Positions 1 to 8,663 of a stretch of 64,000 bases of DNA are shown here, in pieces (within the stretch, counting starts at the first letter, position 1; the number at the start of each line of letters is the position of its first letter). A program made the position numbers and the translations under genes. The notes beneath the pieces are model-generated. The model was given only the letters and a program-made list of their open reading frames with translations. It did no database searches and was not told the origin of the DNA. The DNA comes from an uncultured Ilumatobacteraceae bacterium. GTDB lineage: Bacteria; Actinomycetota; Acidimicrobiia; Acidimicrobiales; Ilumatobacteraceae. The stretch spans positions 7,171 to 71,170 of the forward strand of contig CAZQCP010000003.1 in NCBI GenBank assembly GCA_964592115.1, read 5' to 3'.

Positions 1-1
1 G

Positions 2-835
2 TCCTTCGAGGACTTCGAGCGGCTCGCGCGCACGTGGGAGATGTTGGCTGACCCGGTCGGTGCGGCCGATGACGCCGAGCGGGCACGGCAGCGGCGTCAC
101 GCCACGCTGCGGTCACGTTCTGGTGGCGGGTTCGATCTGCATGCCGTGTTCGACGACATCGGCGGTGTCGAGTTCGAGCAGGTGTTCGCGCACTACGTGC
201 AAGCAGAGTTCGACGCCGACTGGGCCGAAGCCACCGAGCGGCTCGGTGCCACCGATGTGTCGATGTCCGATCTTCGGCGCACGCAGGCTCAACGTACTGC
301 TGATGCGCTGGTGGCGATGGCTCGCGCTGCTGCTGTCGCGCCGCCGTTCCGGAGTCGCGGGATCCCGACGGTCAACTTGTTGATCGACCATGACACGTAC
401 CGTGACACGATCGACGGCAACGGGATCGACCCTGACCGCTACGGCGACGTGGTGTGCCGGTCAGAGCACGGTCACCGGCTCCATCCCGCGGAGGTGGTGA
501 ACACGTCACTGTGGGCACAGGTCCGTCGTGTCGTGTTCGATGCTACGAGCGTGGTGATCGACATGGGCCGCTCGGTTCGTTTGTTCACGGGTCATCCCCG
601 TGAGGCGGTCATGTTGTTGTCTGAGCGGTGTGTGTGGCTGGGTTGTGATGTTCCGGCACGTCGCTGTCATGCCGATCACGTCACGTCATGGCAAGCGCGT
701 GGGCCGACCGACTCGTGCAATGGGGCGCCGTTGTGTCCCGGTCACAACTACTTGAAGGAGATGGGGTTCCGGATCGTCCGCGACGATCAGGGCAACTGGC
801 ACACCTACGCCCCCGAGGGACACGAGATCACCTGA
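2..835 (+). CDS. HNH endonuclease of the DUF222 type, 5' end outside the window
   Basis: Frame is open from nt 2 to the stop at 833-835. C-terminal Cys/His region (CVWLGC..CHADH..NGAPLCPGHN) and body resemble actinobacterial DUF222/HNH proteins. Confidence 0.7.
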   Translation, partial: SFEDFERLARTWEMLADPVGAADDAERARQRRHATLRSRSGGGFDLHAVFDDIGGVEFEQVFAHYVQAEFDADWAEATERLGATDVSMSDLRRTQAQRTADALVAMARAAAVAPPFRSRGIPTVNLLIDHDTYRDTIDGNGIDPDRYGDVVCRSEHGHRLHPAEVVNTSLWAQVRRVVFDATSVVIDMGRSVRLFTGHPREAVMLLSERCVWLGCDVPARRCHADHVTSWQARGPTDSCNGAPLCPGHNYLKEMGFRIVRDDQGNWHTYAPEGHEIT

Positions 836-882
836 CCCATGCCCAACGTTCACCCCCCAGCGTTGGCGGCCGTCGATGCGTA

Positions 883-913
883 GCCACGACCCCAGACTCG
901 GGTCGGTCGTGGC
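883..913. terminator. Hairpin between the convergent HNH and XdhC genes
   Basis: GCCACGACC-N13-GGTCGTGGC. No U tract. Confidence 0.4.
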
Positions 914-921
914 GACCGCCG

Positions 922-1722
922 TCAGGAATGGATGGCGCCGCTGGCGTCTCTCAACGAGGGGGCGGCACGGCCGGTGCGGCGGGCGATGATCTCCGCGCAG
1001 ATCGACACGGCCGTCTCCTCGGGGGTGCGAGCGCCGATGTCCAACCCGATCGGTGACATGAGTCGGTCGAGCTGTTCGGGTGCGACGCCTGCATCGAGGA
1101 GTCGTGCGGTGCGGCGATCGTGCGTCGAGCGACTGCCCATCACGCCGATGTAGCCGACGCGCGTGGCGAGCGCGCCTTGCACGGCGGGCACGTCGAACTT
1201 CGGGTCGTGCGTCAAGATGCACACGGCGTCGCGCGGTGCGAGCTCGTGACCGTGCTCCTCGAACACCGGGCCGGGCCACGTGACCTTGACCTCGTCGGCC
1301 ATCGGGAAGCGGCGCCGGGTGGCGAACACCTCTCGGGCATCGCAGACGGTCACCCGGTAGCCGAGCACCTTGGCGACCCGGGCGAGGGCGGCGGTGAAGT
1401 CGACCGCACCGAAGATCCACATCTGTGGTGGCGGGGCGTGCGACTCGACGAAGACCTTCACCGTCGGCTGGTCGATCAGGTCCTCGGGCGTCGTCTGTCC
1501 CTCGGGGCCGTAGTGCCGCACGCCTGACTGCGCCGCTTCGAGCTCGGCGAGGGCATCGCGGGCCACGACCCGGTCGAGCTCCGGATGGCCCAGTGAACCG
1601 CGCGGTGGTCGGTCGGGGGCGACGAGCAACTTGGCACCGGTGTGGGGCCCATCGATCACCGTCGCCAGCGCGACCGGATCGTCGGCGCGCAGCCGGGCCG
1701 CGAACTCCTCGAACAGTCTCAC
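922..1722 (-). CDS. XdhC family molybdenum-cofactor insertion accessory protein
   Basis: XdhC/CoxI N-domain followed by a Rossmann-like XdhC_C region (IFGAVDFTAALARVAKVLGYRVTVCDAR). The GTG start at 1722 overlaps the upstream stop (GTGA). Confidence 0.8.
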   Translation of the reverse strand: MRLFEEFAARLRADDPVALATVIDGPHTGAKLLVAPDRPPRGSLGHPELDRVVARDALAELEAAQSGVRHYGPEGQTTPEDLIDQPTVKVFVESHAPPPQMWIFGAVDFTAALARVAKVLGYRVTVCDAREVFATRRRFPMADEVKVTWPGPVFEEHGHELAPRDAVCILTHDPKFDVPAVQGALATRVGYIGVMGSRSTHDRRTARLLDAGVAPEQLDRLMSPIGLDIGARTPEETAVSICAEIIARRTGRAAPSLRDASGAIHS

Positions 1723-2036
1723 CAGTCGAGCTCTTCGATGTACAGGTGGATGGTTCCGCCGCACGTCAGACCGACGGCGAACGCTTCGTCGTCGGAGTAG
1801 CCGAACGTGACGATCCCCGGTCCCCGCTCGCCGGACAAGACGGCGAGCGCCTCGCCGACCACCGCGCCTTCGACGCAGCCGCCGCTGACGCTGCCCGCGA
1901 CCTCGCCGGATCCGGCGACCGCCATCGCCGCGCCGGGCCCACGCGGGCCGGATCCCTCGACGTCGACGACCCGCGCGACGGCGACCCGTTCGCCGGCGCG
2001 CTGCCACCGTTCGATGTCATCCAGCAGATCCTGCAT
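1719..2036 (-). CDS. Small XdhC/CoxI N-domain-only protein
   Basis: 105 aa, MQDLLDDIERWQRAGERVAVARVVDVEGSGPRGPGA.. matches the XdhC_CoxI domain. AAGGAG Shine-Dalgarno sequence lies 6 nt upstream of the ATG at 2036. Confidence 0.75.
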   Translation of the reverse strand: MQDLLDDIERWQRAGERVAVARVVDVEGSGPRGPGAAMAVAGSGEVAGSVSGGCVEGAVVGEALAVLSGERGPGIVTFGYSDDEAFAVGLTCGGTIHLYIEELDW

Positions 2037-2109
2037 CTCGTCTCCTTTGTCGAATGTGGGACGGTCCGCACCGTCTGTGCGCCGTTCCGTCCATCTTCTC
2101 CACTGCTCG

Positions 2110-3309
2110 TCAGGTCTCGCCGATCGTTCTCGCCAGGGTCTCCATCGCGGCGACCGAGTGTCCCTCGACGAAACGGTCAACGTATGGGAGGGCCGCCGCC
2201 ATTCCCCGCGCCAGCGGGGCGTAGCCCGGTGTGACCTTCAGCGGGTTCACCCAGATCAGGCGGTGGGTGACCCGCTGGAGGCGCTGCATCTCGGCGGCCA
2301 ACTCGTCGGGATCGCCACGATCCCAGCCGTCCGACAAGATCACGACGATCGAGTTGCGCGCCATGCCGCGCACGCCCCACTCGTCGTTGAACTGGCGCAG
2401 CCCGGCCCCGAGCCGTGTGCCACCGCTCCAGTCGGCGACCCGCCGGCCAGCGGCGCGCAGGGCGATGTCGGGATCGCGGCTCGTGAGCTCGCGGGTGATG
2501 CGAGTCAGCCGTGTGCCGAGGGCGAACGCCTCGACCTTCTGGCGGCCGGCAACTGCGGCATGGACGAAGCGCAGCAGACCGCGGGCGTACGGTTCCATCG
2601 ATCCGCTGACGTCGAGGAGCAGCACGAGTCGGCGCAAGCGAGGGGTCGAAACCGAGAAGTGGCGTTCGATCGGTTCGCCGCCGGCGCGCAGCGTCGCCCG
2701 CACCGTGCGCCGGATGTCGGGACGTGATGTGCGCCGTCGCGTCGGCCCGAGGCGCAGCGATGCCCGCGGTGATCCGACGAGGCGCAGGCGGGTCATGAGC
2801 TGTTGCGCCTCGATCAGCTCGTGGTCGCTGTAGTCGGCGAAGTCCTTCTGGCGCAACACCTCGGTGGCCGAGAACCGCAGTTCGATGGTGTCGCTGTCAC
2901 GTTCCGCCGCATCGTCGCTGTCGTCGTTGGATTCGTCGTCATCGTCCACGGCGATCGTGACCGAGATGGTCTCGGGATCGGGCTCGTCGGCTGCGCTCGC
3001 CGTGCGTGCCTCGAAGTACACGGCGAAGGCCCGGTCGTAGAGGGTGATGTCCTCCGGGCGCCGCACGAGCGTTGCTCGGCCCGCCCAGTACGTAGCTTCC
3101 CGATCGTCGATCCCGGTCGCCTGCAACGCCTCGCTGTAGGTCATCGTGCAGCTCGTCGGCACGCTCAGACCGGCGCCGCGCAGCACCTGGGAGAAGGCGA
3201 CGGCGATCTCGGCCGGCGTCGCGCGCACCCCGAGACCGGGCCCATCGTCACGTTGGGGGCCGTCCCCGGTGTGACGCGGCGTGGACGCAGCCATCGGACC
3301 CGACGTCAC
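2110..3309 (-). CDS. VWA domain protein, CoxE-like
   Basis: MIDAS-type motif LLLDVSGSM and a C-terminal VWA region (VILSDGWDRGD). GTG start overlaps the stop of the upstream MoxR gene. Confidence 0.85.
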   Translation of the reverse strand: MTSGPMAASTPRHTGDGPQRDDGPGLGVRATPAEIAVAFSQVLRGAGLSVPTSCTMTYSEALQATGIDDREATYWAGRATLVRRPEDITLYDRAFAVYFEARTASAADEPDPETISVTIAVDDDDESNDDSDDAAERDSDTIELRFSATEVLRQKDFADYSDHELIEAQQLMTRLRLVGSPRASLRLGPTRRRTSRPDIRRTVRATLRAGGEPIERHFSVSTPRLRRLVLLLDVSGSMEPYARGLLRFVHAAVAGRQKVEAFALGTRLTRITRELTSRDPDIALRAAGRRVADWSGGTRLGAGLRQFNDEWGVRGMARNSIVVILSDGWDRGDPDELAAEMQRLQRVTHRLIWVNPLKVTPGYAPLARGMAAALPYVDRFVEGHSVAAMETLARTIGET

Positions 3310-4247
3310 GCTTCAGGGATCGTCAGCTGTCCGGGCGATTCGCGTCGGGCCCGCGCCGCTTCGGCGGCTCGCTTGACGACGTCGGCGATGCCGTGTTGCT
3401 CGACGCGCTGGTGGTCCTCGCGGTACTTGAGCACCGTGCCGAGCGTGTGGGCCACGACGTCGTCGTCGAGCTCGGTCGCGCCGAGGCGACCGAGCGCCAT
3501 CGCCCAATCGATCGTTTCGGCGACGCCCGGCGGCTTGTACAAGTTGAGCTCGCGGAGTTGCTCGACGGCCGCAGCCACTTGGCGGGCGAGGCGGTGATCG
3601 ACATCGGGCACGCGCAGCTCGACGATCGCCACTTCGCGGTCGAAGCCGGGGTGCTCGACCCAGTGGTACAAGCAGCGCCGCTTGAGCGCGTCGTGGACGT
3701 CGCGTGTGCGGTTCGACGTGAGGATCACGATCGGCGGCCGCTCGGCGCGGTAGACGCCGATCTCGGGGATCGTGATCTGATAGTCGGACAGCACTTCGAG
3801 CAGGTACGCCTCGAACTCGTCGTCGGCGCGGTCGATCTCGTCGATCAGCAAGACCGGCGGCGGTCCCTCGACCGGCTCGATCGCCCGCAGCAGCGCCCGC
3901 TTGATGAGGAAGCGCTCGCCGTACAGCTCGGCTTCGAGATCGACGGCCGAGCGGCTCGACGTCTCCCCGGTCGCTTCGGCGGCGCGCAGGTGGAGGAGCT
4001 GGCGGGCGTAGTCCCAGTCGTACACGGCCTGGGACACGTCGATGCCCTCGTAACACTGGAGGCGGATCAGCTGCGCCCCGGTCGCCGCGGCGAGCGTCTT
4101 GGCGAGCTCGGTCTTACCGACGCCCGCCTCGCCCTCGAGCAGCAGCGGGCGCTGCAGGGTCATCGCCAAGAACACGGCGGTCGCGATCCCGTCGTCGGGG
4201 AGGTACCCGTGCCGCGACAGCGCGCCGGCGACCGTGGACGGTGTCAT
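3306..4247 (-). CDS. MoxR-family AAA+ ATPase, CoxD-like
   Basis: Walker A GEAGVGKT, Walker B LLIDEIDR, typical MoxR length (313 aa). ATG at 4247 chosen; the longer track ORF extension is Arg-rich and looks non-coding. Confidence 0.85.
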   Translation of the reverse strand: MTPSTVAGALSRHGYLPDDGIATAVFLAMTLQRPLLLEGEAGVGKTELAKTLAAATGAQLIRLQCYEGIDVSQAVYDWDYARQLLHLRAAEATGETSSRSAVDLEAELYGERFLIKRALLRAIEPVEGPPPVLLIDEIDRADDEFEAYLLEVLSDYQITIPEIGVYRAERPPIVILTSNRTRDVHDALKRRCLYHWVEHPGFDREVAIVELRVPDVDHRLARQVAAAVEQLRELNLYKPPGVAETIDWAMALGRLGATELDDDVVAHTLGTVLKYREDHQRVEQHGIADVVKRAAEAARARRESPGQLTIPEA

Positions 4248-4316
4248 CGCTCCGACGCTAGCTGCAACGACTGGTCGGGCCTCACGCCGGCCCGGTGGAT
4301 ACGGCATCATGGTGCG

Positions 4317-6137
4317 GTGTCGGAGCGCTTCCCCCTCGCGGTGCACGCGCCGCACGCCGAGCGCGTCACCGTGACGGTCGACGGGAGCGACGGTGAGGTC
4401 GAGCTGATGCAGGCGGCGTCGGGCGAGTGGGTTGGCGACGTGCCGCTCGGGTGTCGGTACGTGTTGCTCCTCGACGGGTGGCAGCCCGTGCTCGATCCGA
4501 GCGCGACCGCCGTATGGTTTCCGCCCGGTCACTCGCGCGCCGCGAACCGTCCAGGTGGCTCGGTCGACCGGGCGACGTTTCCTCGCGCTGTCGCCCGACC
4601 CTGGCCAGCGTCGCGTCCGCAGCGTCGCACGACCCGGCCGCTGGCGGTCTACGAGGCGCACGTCCGCGGGATGACGCGGCGGCGAGTGCGGCCCGACGGC
4701 GGCACCTACCGTGCACTCGTCGACGAGCTGCCGCGCCTCGCATCGCTCGGCGTGTCGGTACTCGAACTGCTGCCGGTCCATCAGTTCGATCCCGACGAAG
4801 GCAACTACTGGGGCTACATGCCGGTCGTGTTCGGCGCGCTCCACGAGCAGTACGCAGCAGGCGGAGATGCAGCAGGTGGAGATGCGGTCGACGAGTTCGT
4901 GGACCTCGTGGCGGCTGCCCACGACCACGACATCGAGGTCTGGCTGGACGTCGTCGTCAACCACACGAGCGAATCCGACGCCGATGGCCCGACGTACACG
5001 CTGCGCGCGCTCGACGATCGCGGCTACTACGCGACGCGTCCCGACGGCACGTACCTCGACGACACGGGGACCGGCAACATGATCGACGTGTGCCAGGCGC
5101 CGGCGCGCCGCTTGATCGTCGACGCGCTCGATCGACTGGCCGACCTCGGTGTCGACGGCTTTCGGTTCGACCTCGCCGCGGTGCTCGCCCGCGAGCCCGA
5201 TGTGGTGACGGCGATCGGTGACTGGGCCGAGCGGCGCGGTGTCCGGCTGATCGCCGAGCCGTGGGACCTGTCGCGCTATCTCCTCGGCCCCGACTTCCCC
5301 GACGCTCGCTGGATGCAGTGGAACGGTGAGTTCCGCGATGACCTCCGTGGCTTCCTGCGTGGTGAACCGGGGATGGTCCCGGCCGCGATGCACCGCATCG
5401 GCGGGAGTTCCGATCTATTCGATCGCCCATCGCGCTCCGTCAACTTCCTCACGGCGCACGACGGATTCACGCTGTACGACCTCGTGTCGTACGACCGTTC
5501 GCACAACCTCGCCAATGGATGGGACGGCAGCGACGGGCACCACGACAACCGCTCGTGGAACTGTGGCTGGGAGGGCGATGAGGGCGTGCCCGACGAGGTG
5601 CTCACCCTGCGGCGTCGCCAGATGCGCAACGCGTGGTGCCTGCTCCTGCTCAGCCGTGGCGTGCCGATGTGGGCTGCCGGTGACGAGTTCGCCCGCACCC
5701 AGGGCGGCAACAACAACGCCTACAACCAGGACAACGAGACGTCGTGGCTCGACTGGGAGCGGGCGGCGGACTTCGCCGACCTGGAACGCTTCGTGGGAGC
5801 GCTGCTCGCGCTGCGCGCACGGACACCCGGCCTCGCCGAACCCGACAGCGCCGAGCCGATGGTCTTCATCGGTGCCCACGGTGATCCCGATGTGTCTACG
5901 GAGTCACGCTCGCTCGGCTGGCGCGTCGGCGACGTGTGCGTCATCGCCAACGCTTGGTGGGAGCCGGTGACGTTCGAGGTGTTCGCGGGCGGGCCCTGGC
6001 GCCGGACGTTCGACACCACCGCCGAGGACGGACGCGGCGACGGTGCGCTCGTCAGCGATGAGGTCGTCGTCGGTGCCCGTTCGGCGGTCATCCTGACCCG
6101 AGACGCGGGGGACACGGTCCCAACACTGTTTGTGTGA
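4317..6137 (+). CDS. glgX: Glycogen debranching enzyme / isoamylase (GH13, GlgX-like)
   Basis: GH13 conserved regions DVVVNHT, GFRFDLA, IAEPWD, FLTAHDGFTL and a CBM48-like N-terminus. Start is uncertain: the first in-frame GTG after the end of the coxD-like gene was taken. Confidence 0.8.
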   Translation: MSERFPLAVHAPHAERVTVTVDGSDGEVELMQAASGEWVGDVPLGCRYVLLLDGWQPVLDPSATAVWFPPGHSRAANRPGGSVDRATFPRAVARPWPASRPQRRTTRPLAVYEAHVRGMTRRRVRPDGGTYRALVDELPRLASLGVSVLELLPVHQFDPDEGNYWGYMPVVFGALHEQYAAGGDAAGGDAVDEFVDLVAAAHDHDIEVWLDVVVNHTSESDADGPTYTLRALDDRGYYATRPDGTYLDDTGTGNMIDVCQAPARRLIVDALDRLADLGVDGFRFDLAAVLAREPDVVTAIGDWAERRGVRLIAEPWDLSRYLLGPDFPDARWMQWNGEFRDDLRGFLRGEPGMVPAAMHRIGGSSDLFDRPSRSVNFLTAHDGFTLYDLVSYDRSHNLANGWDGSDGHHDNRSWNCGWEGDEGVPDEVLTLRRRQMRNAWCLLLLSRGVPMWAAGDEFARTQGGNNNAYNQDNETSWLDWERAADFADLERFVGALLALRARTPGLAEPDSAEPMVFIGAHGDPDVSTESRSLGWRVGDVCVIANAWWEPVTFEVFAGGPWRRTFDTTAEDGRGDGALVSDEVVVGARSAVILTRDAGDTVPTLFV

Positions 6138-6176
6138 GCGAATCCACGCGAATCGCGCAGAATCGCTCACACAAAC
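6128..6176. repeat. D-type 49-nt palindromic element, copy D1
   Basis: GTTTGTGTGAGCGA-N21-TCGCTCACACAAAC. The glgX stop TGA (6135-6137) lies inside the left arm. The spacer carries GAATC three times at 10-nt spacing. Confidence 0.9.
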
Positions 6177-6222
6177 CGCCCGCTGGGCCGCGCTGGCGCG
6201 GGCGGGCTGGCTGTGCCCATGG

Positions 6223-7710
6223 CTACGAGTCGAAGCCGAGGCCCATGCGGTCGAGCGTGCGCAGCCAGGCGTTGCGCTTGCCGGTCTTGTCCTCGCGATC
6301 CATCGACCATCGCGTCGCTTGGATGCCGATGAAGCGGAACGGCTCGGGCGGGAACGGCAACGGCTTCGCTCGTACGAAGTCAGTTTTCGTGGCGATCGAC
6401 TTGCGGCCGGCGAGGAGGTCGAGCATCGTCGTGGCCGCGAAGCGCGTGGCGGCCACCCCGAGGCCCGTGTAGCCGACGGCGTACGCGACGCGGTCCGACA
6501 ACGCCTTGCCGAAGAACACCGAGAACCTCGTGCTCGTGTCGATCGCCCCACCCCACGTGTGGGTGAACGCCACGTCGCTGAGCTCCGGGAACGTCTGGAA
6601 GAAGTGCTGCGACAGCTTGGCCCACGTCTCGGGGCGGCTCTCGAGCTCGGTCGACACCTTCGACCGCCAGAAGTAGATGGCGTCGTATCCACCCCACAGG
6701 ATCCGGTTGTCCGCGGTCAGCCGGTAGTAGTGGAACTGGTTCGTGATGTCGGACAGCCCCTGGCGCCCGCGCCACCCGATGCGACCGAGCTGCTCGGCGG
6801 TCAGCGGCTCGGTGACGAGGCAGTAGTCGTACACCGGCACCATGTACTGCCGGATGCGCTTGAGCAGCGGGCGGTCGGCGTTCGTGCCGAGCACCGCGTG
6901 CTTGGCGCGGATGGTGCCGAGCGGCGTGGTGACGGCGACACCGCTGCCGTCCTTGTCGACGGACGTCGCCTTGGAGTGTTCGTAGATGCGCACGCCGAGC
7001 GACTCCGCCACCCGCTTGAGCTCCCACGCCAGCTTCGCCGGGTCGACCAGCGCCGCCCGGTCCATGCGGTACAGACCGCCCGTGTAGGTCGGGGAGTCGA
7101 TCTCGGCACGCATCGCCTCGGCGTCGAACCAGCGGACGCGCTGTCCGAGCGAGCGCAGCAAGTCGTGTTCCTCGCGCAGCTCATCGAGATACGACGGGGG
7201 ATGGGTGGTGGTGGCCACGTCGATCACGCCGTTGCGCTCGTAGTCACAGTCGATCGCGTAGCGCTCGATCGACGCTTCGATCTCGTTGAGGTTGCGCAGA
7301 CCGAGGTCCTCGAGCACGTCGAGCTCGTCTGGGTGGCGGGACAACCCGTTGGCGACCCCGTGGGTCAGCGACGCTTCCATGAAGCCGCCGTTGCGCCCGC
7401 TCGCCGCGCCGCCGACCTCGCCCTTGTCGATGAGCACGACGTCGCGGGACGGGTCGCGCTCCTTCGCGACGACGGCGGTCCACAGCCCGGTGTACCCACC
7501 GCCGACGATGCAGAGGTCGCAGTGTTCGTCGCGTACGAGCGTCGGATTGGACTCGGGGATCTCAATGTTCTCCAGCCAGAACGGATACGGCTCGGCATCG
7601 GCGATCGCGTCGAGCGCGAGCTGGCTGTACTCCGCGCTGGCATCGTGCGCGCTGGCATCGTGAAGGTCGCCGTTGCGGCCGTCCAGGTCGTCGAAGCTCG
7701 TGTCGCTCAT
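6223..7710 (-). CDS. FAD-dependent oxidoreductase (DAO family)
   Basis: N-terminal dinucleotide fold CIVGGGYTGLW. ATG at 7710 (MSDTSFDD). Confidence 0.8.
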   Translation of the reverse strand: MSDTSFDDLDGRNGDLHDASAHDASAEYSQLALDAIADAEPYPFWLENIEIPESNPTLVRDEHCDLCIVGGGYTGLWTAVVAKERDPSRDVVLIDKGEVGGAASGRNGGFMEASLTHGVANGLSRHPDELDVLEDLGLRNLNEIEASIERYAIDCDYERNGVIDVATTTHPPSYLDELREEHDLLRSLGQRVRWFDAEAMRAEIDSPTYTGGLYRMDRAALVDPAKLAWELKRVAESLGVRIYEHSKATSVDKDGSGVAVTTPLGTIRAKHAVLGTNADRPLLKRIRQYMVPVYDYCLVTEPLTAEQLGRIGWRGRQGLSDITNQFHYYRLTADNRILWGGYDAIYFWRSKVSTELESRPETWAKLSQHFFQTFPELSDVAFTHTWGGAIDTSTRFSVFFGKALSDRVAYAVGYTGLGVAATRFAATTMLDLLAGRKSIATKTDFVRAKPLPFPPEPFRFIGIQATRWSMDREDKTGKRNAWLRTLDRMGLGFDS

Positions 7711-7741
7711 GCTCTCACTGGCCGGCGATCGTACCGCGCCG

Positions 7742-7794
7742 CCCAAATGTGTCCGTCCGTTGCCGGCCAGCGGCACGGAACGGACAGATTTGGG
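7742..7794. repeat. A-type 53-nt palindromic element, copy A1
   Basis: CCCAAATGTGTCCG-N25-CGGACAGATTTGGG. Lies in the divergent region between starts 7710 (-) and 7817 (+). Confidence 0.9.
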
Positions 7795-7816
7795 GTCGAG
7801 CGCGTACGGTGTCGGG

Positions 7817-8545
7817 ATGGATCTGGGGATCAGCGGACGACGGGCAGCGGTCGCGGCGGGGACGTCGGGACTGGGGTTGGCGACGGCGGTGGCGTTGGCG
7901 AGCGAAGGCGTGCACGTGGCGATCTGTGGCCGCGACGAGGCGCGCCTTGCGCAGGCGGCCGAGACCGTCGGCCACGGATGCGTGCCACTCGTCGGCGACG
8001 TGTCGACGCCGGATGGAGCGGCAGCGTTCGTCGCCGCGGCTGCCGATGCGCTCGGTGCGGTCGACATCCTCGTGCCGAACGCCGGTGGCCCACCACCGGG
8101 CAACTTCGCCTCGACGCCGATCGACGCCTATCCGTCGGCGATCGACCTCAACTTGATGTCGGTCGTCGCGATGTGCAAAGCCGCCGTACCGCCGATGCAG
8201 GAGCGGCGCTGGGGCCGCGTCGTGGCCATCACGTCGTTGTCGGTGCGCCAGCCGATGGCCAACCTGATCCTGTCGAACACGGCCCGCGCCGGGGCGACAG
8301 CCTTCTTGAAGACGCTGGCGCTCGAGGTGGCGGGCGACGGGGTGACGGTCAACAGCGTCCAGCCGGGCCTCCATCGCACCCCGCGGGTGGAACAGCTCTA
8401 CGGTGGCGATGGCGCGGCGTCGATGCGCATGGGTGAAGCCGCCGACTTCGGCCAGATCGTCGCCTTCTTGTGCTCGGAGCAGGCCAAGTTCACCACCGGG
8501 CTCGGCCTCCACGTCGACGGCGGCTCCTACCTGGCCCTCCAGTAA
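7817..8545 (+). CDS. SDR family oxidoreductase
   Basis: AAVAAGTSGLGLA glycine-rich motif, NAG motif and overall SDR layout. ATG at 7817. Confidence 0.8.
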   Translation: MDLGISGRRAAVAAGTSGLGLATAVALASEGVHVAICGRDEARLAQAAETVGHGCVPLVGDVSTPDGAAAFVAAAADALGAVDILVPNAGGPPPGNFASTPIDAYPSAIDLNLMSVVAMCKAAVPPMQERRWGRVVAITSLSVRQPMANLILSNTARAGATAFLKTLALEVAGDGVTVNSVQPGLHRTPRVEQLYGGDGAASMRMGEAADFGQIVAFLCSEQAKFTTGLGLHVDGGSYLALQ

Positions 8546-8549
8546 CCGG

Positions 8550-8653
8550 GATTGCATCCGGGGTCAGAGCCCAGATGCAACAGGAAGCGAGGCGCGCGTG
8601 GGCTCACCCGTCGTGTGTTCGGTTGCATCTGGGGTCTGACCCCGGATGCAATC
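8550..8653. repeat. B-type nested-palindrome element, copy B1 (opposite orientation to B2/B3)
   Basis: 32-nt terminal inverted repeats GATTGCATCCGGGGTCAGAGCCCAGATGCAAC / GTTGCATCTGGGGTCTGACCCCGGATGCAATC with a 40-nt spacer. A partial extra end CCGGATGCGATCAG follows at 8654-8667. Confidence 0.9.
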
Positions 8654-8663
8654 CCGGATGCGA

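Noticed and set aside
3393-4316. First 308 codons of the 914-aa plus-strand ORF 3393..6137
   Set aside because: This part runs antisense to the well-supported MoxR/CoxD gene. It is Arg/Asp/Val/Gly-rich with no recognisable domain. The GH13 homology starts only near 4317, so the extension is a GC-driven shadow ORF.
7634-7663. 15-nt tandem duplication (encodes HDASAHDASA) in the FAD oxidoreductase N-terminus. Similar small duplications occur near 4858-4885 and 22651-22685.
   Set aside because: These are short in-frame or intergenic slippage duplications in non-conserved regions, with no evidence of function beyond ordinary indel noise.
6130-8436. 768-aa plus-strand ORF
   Set aside because: It is antisense to the FAD oxidoreductase gene and out of frame over the SDR gene. 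Its composition (R, G, D, A, V) is typical of non-coding frames in very GC-rich DNA, and it has no motifs.
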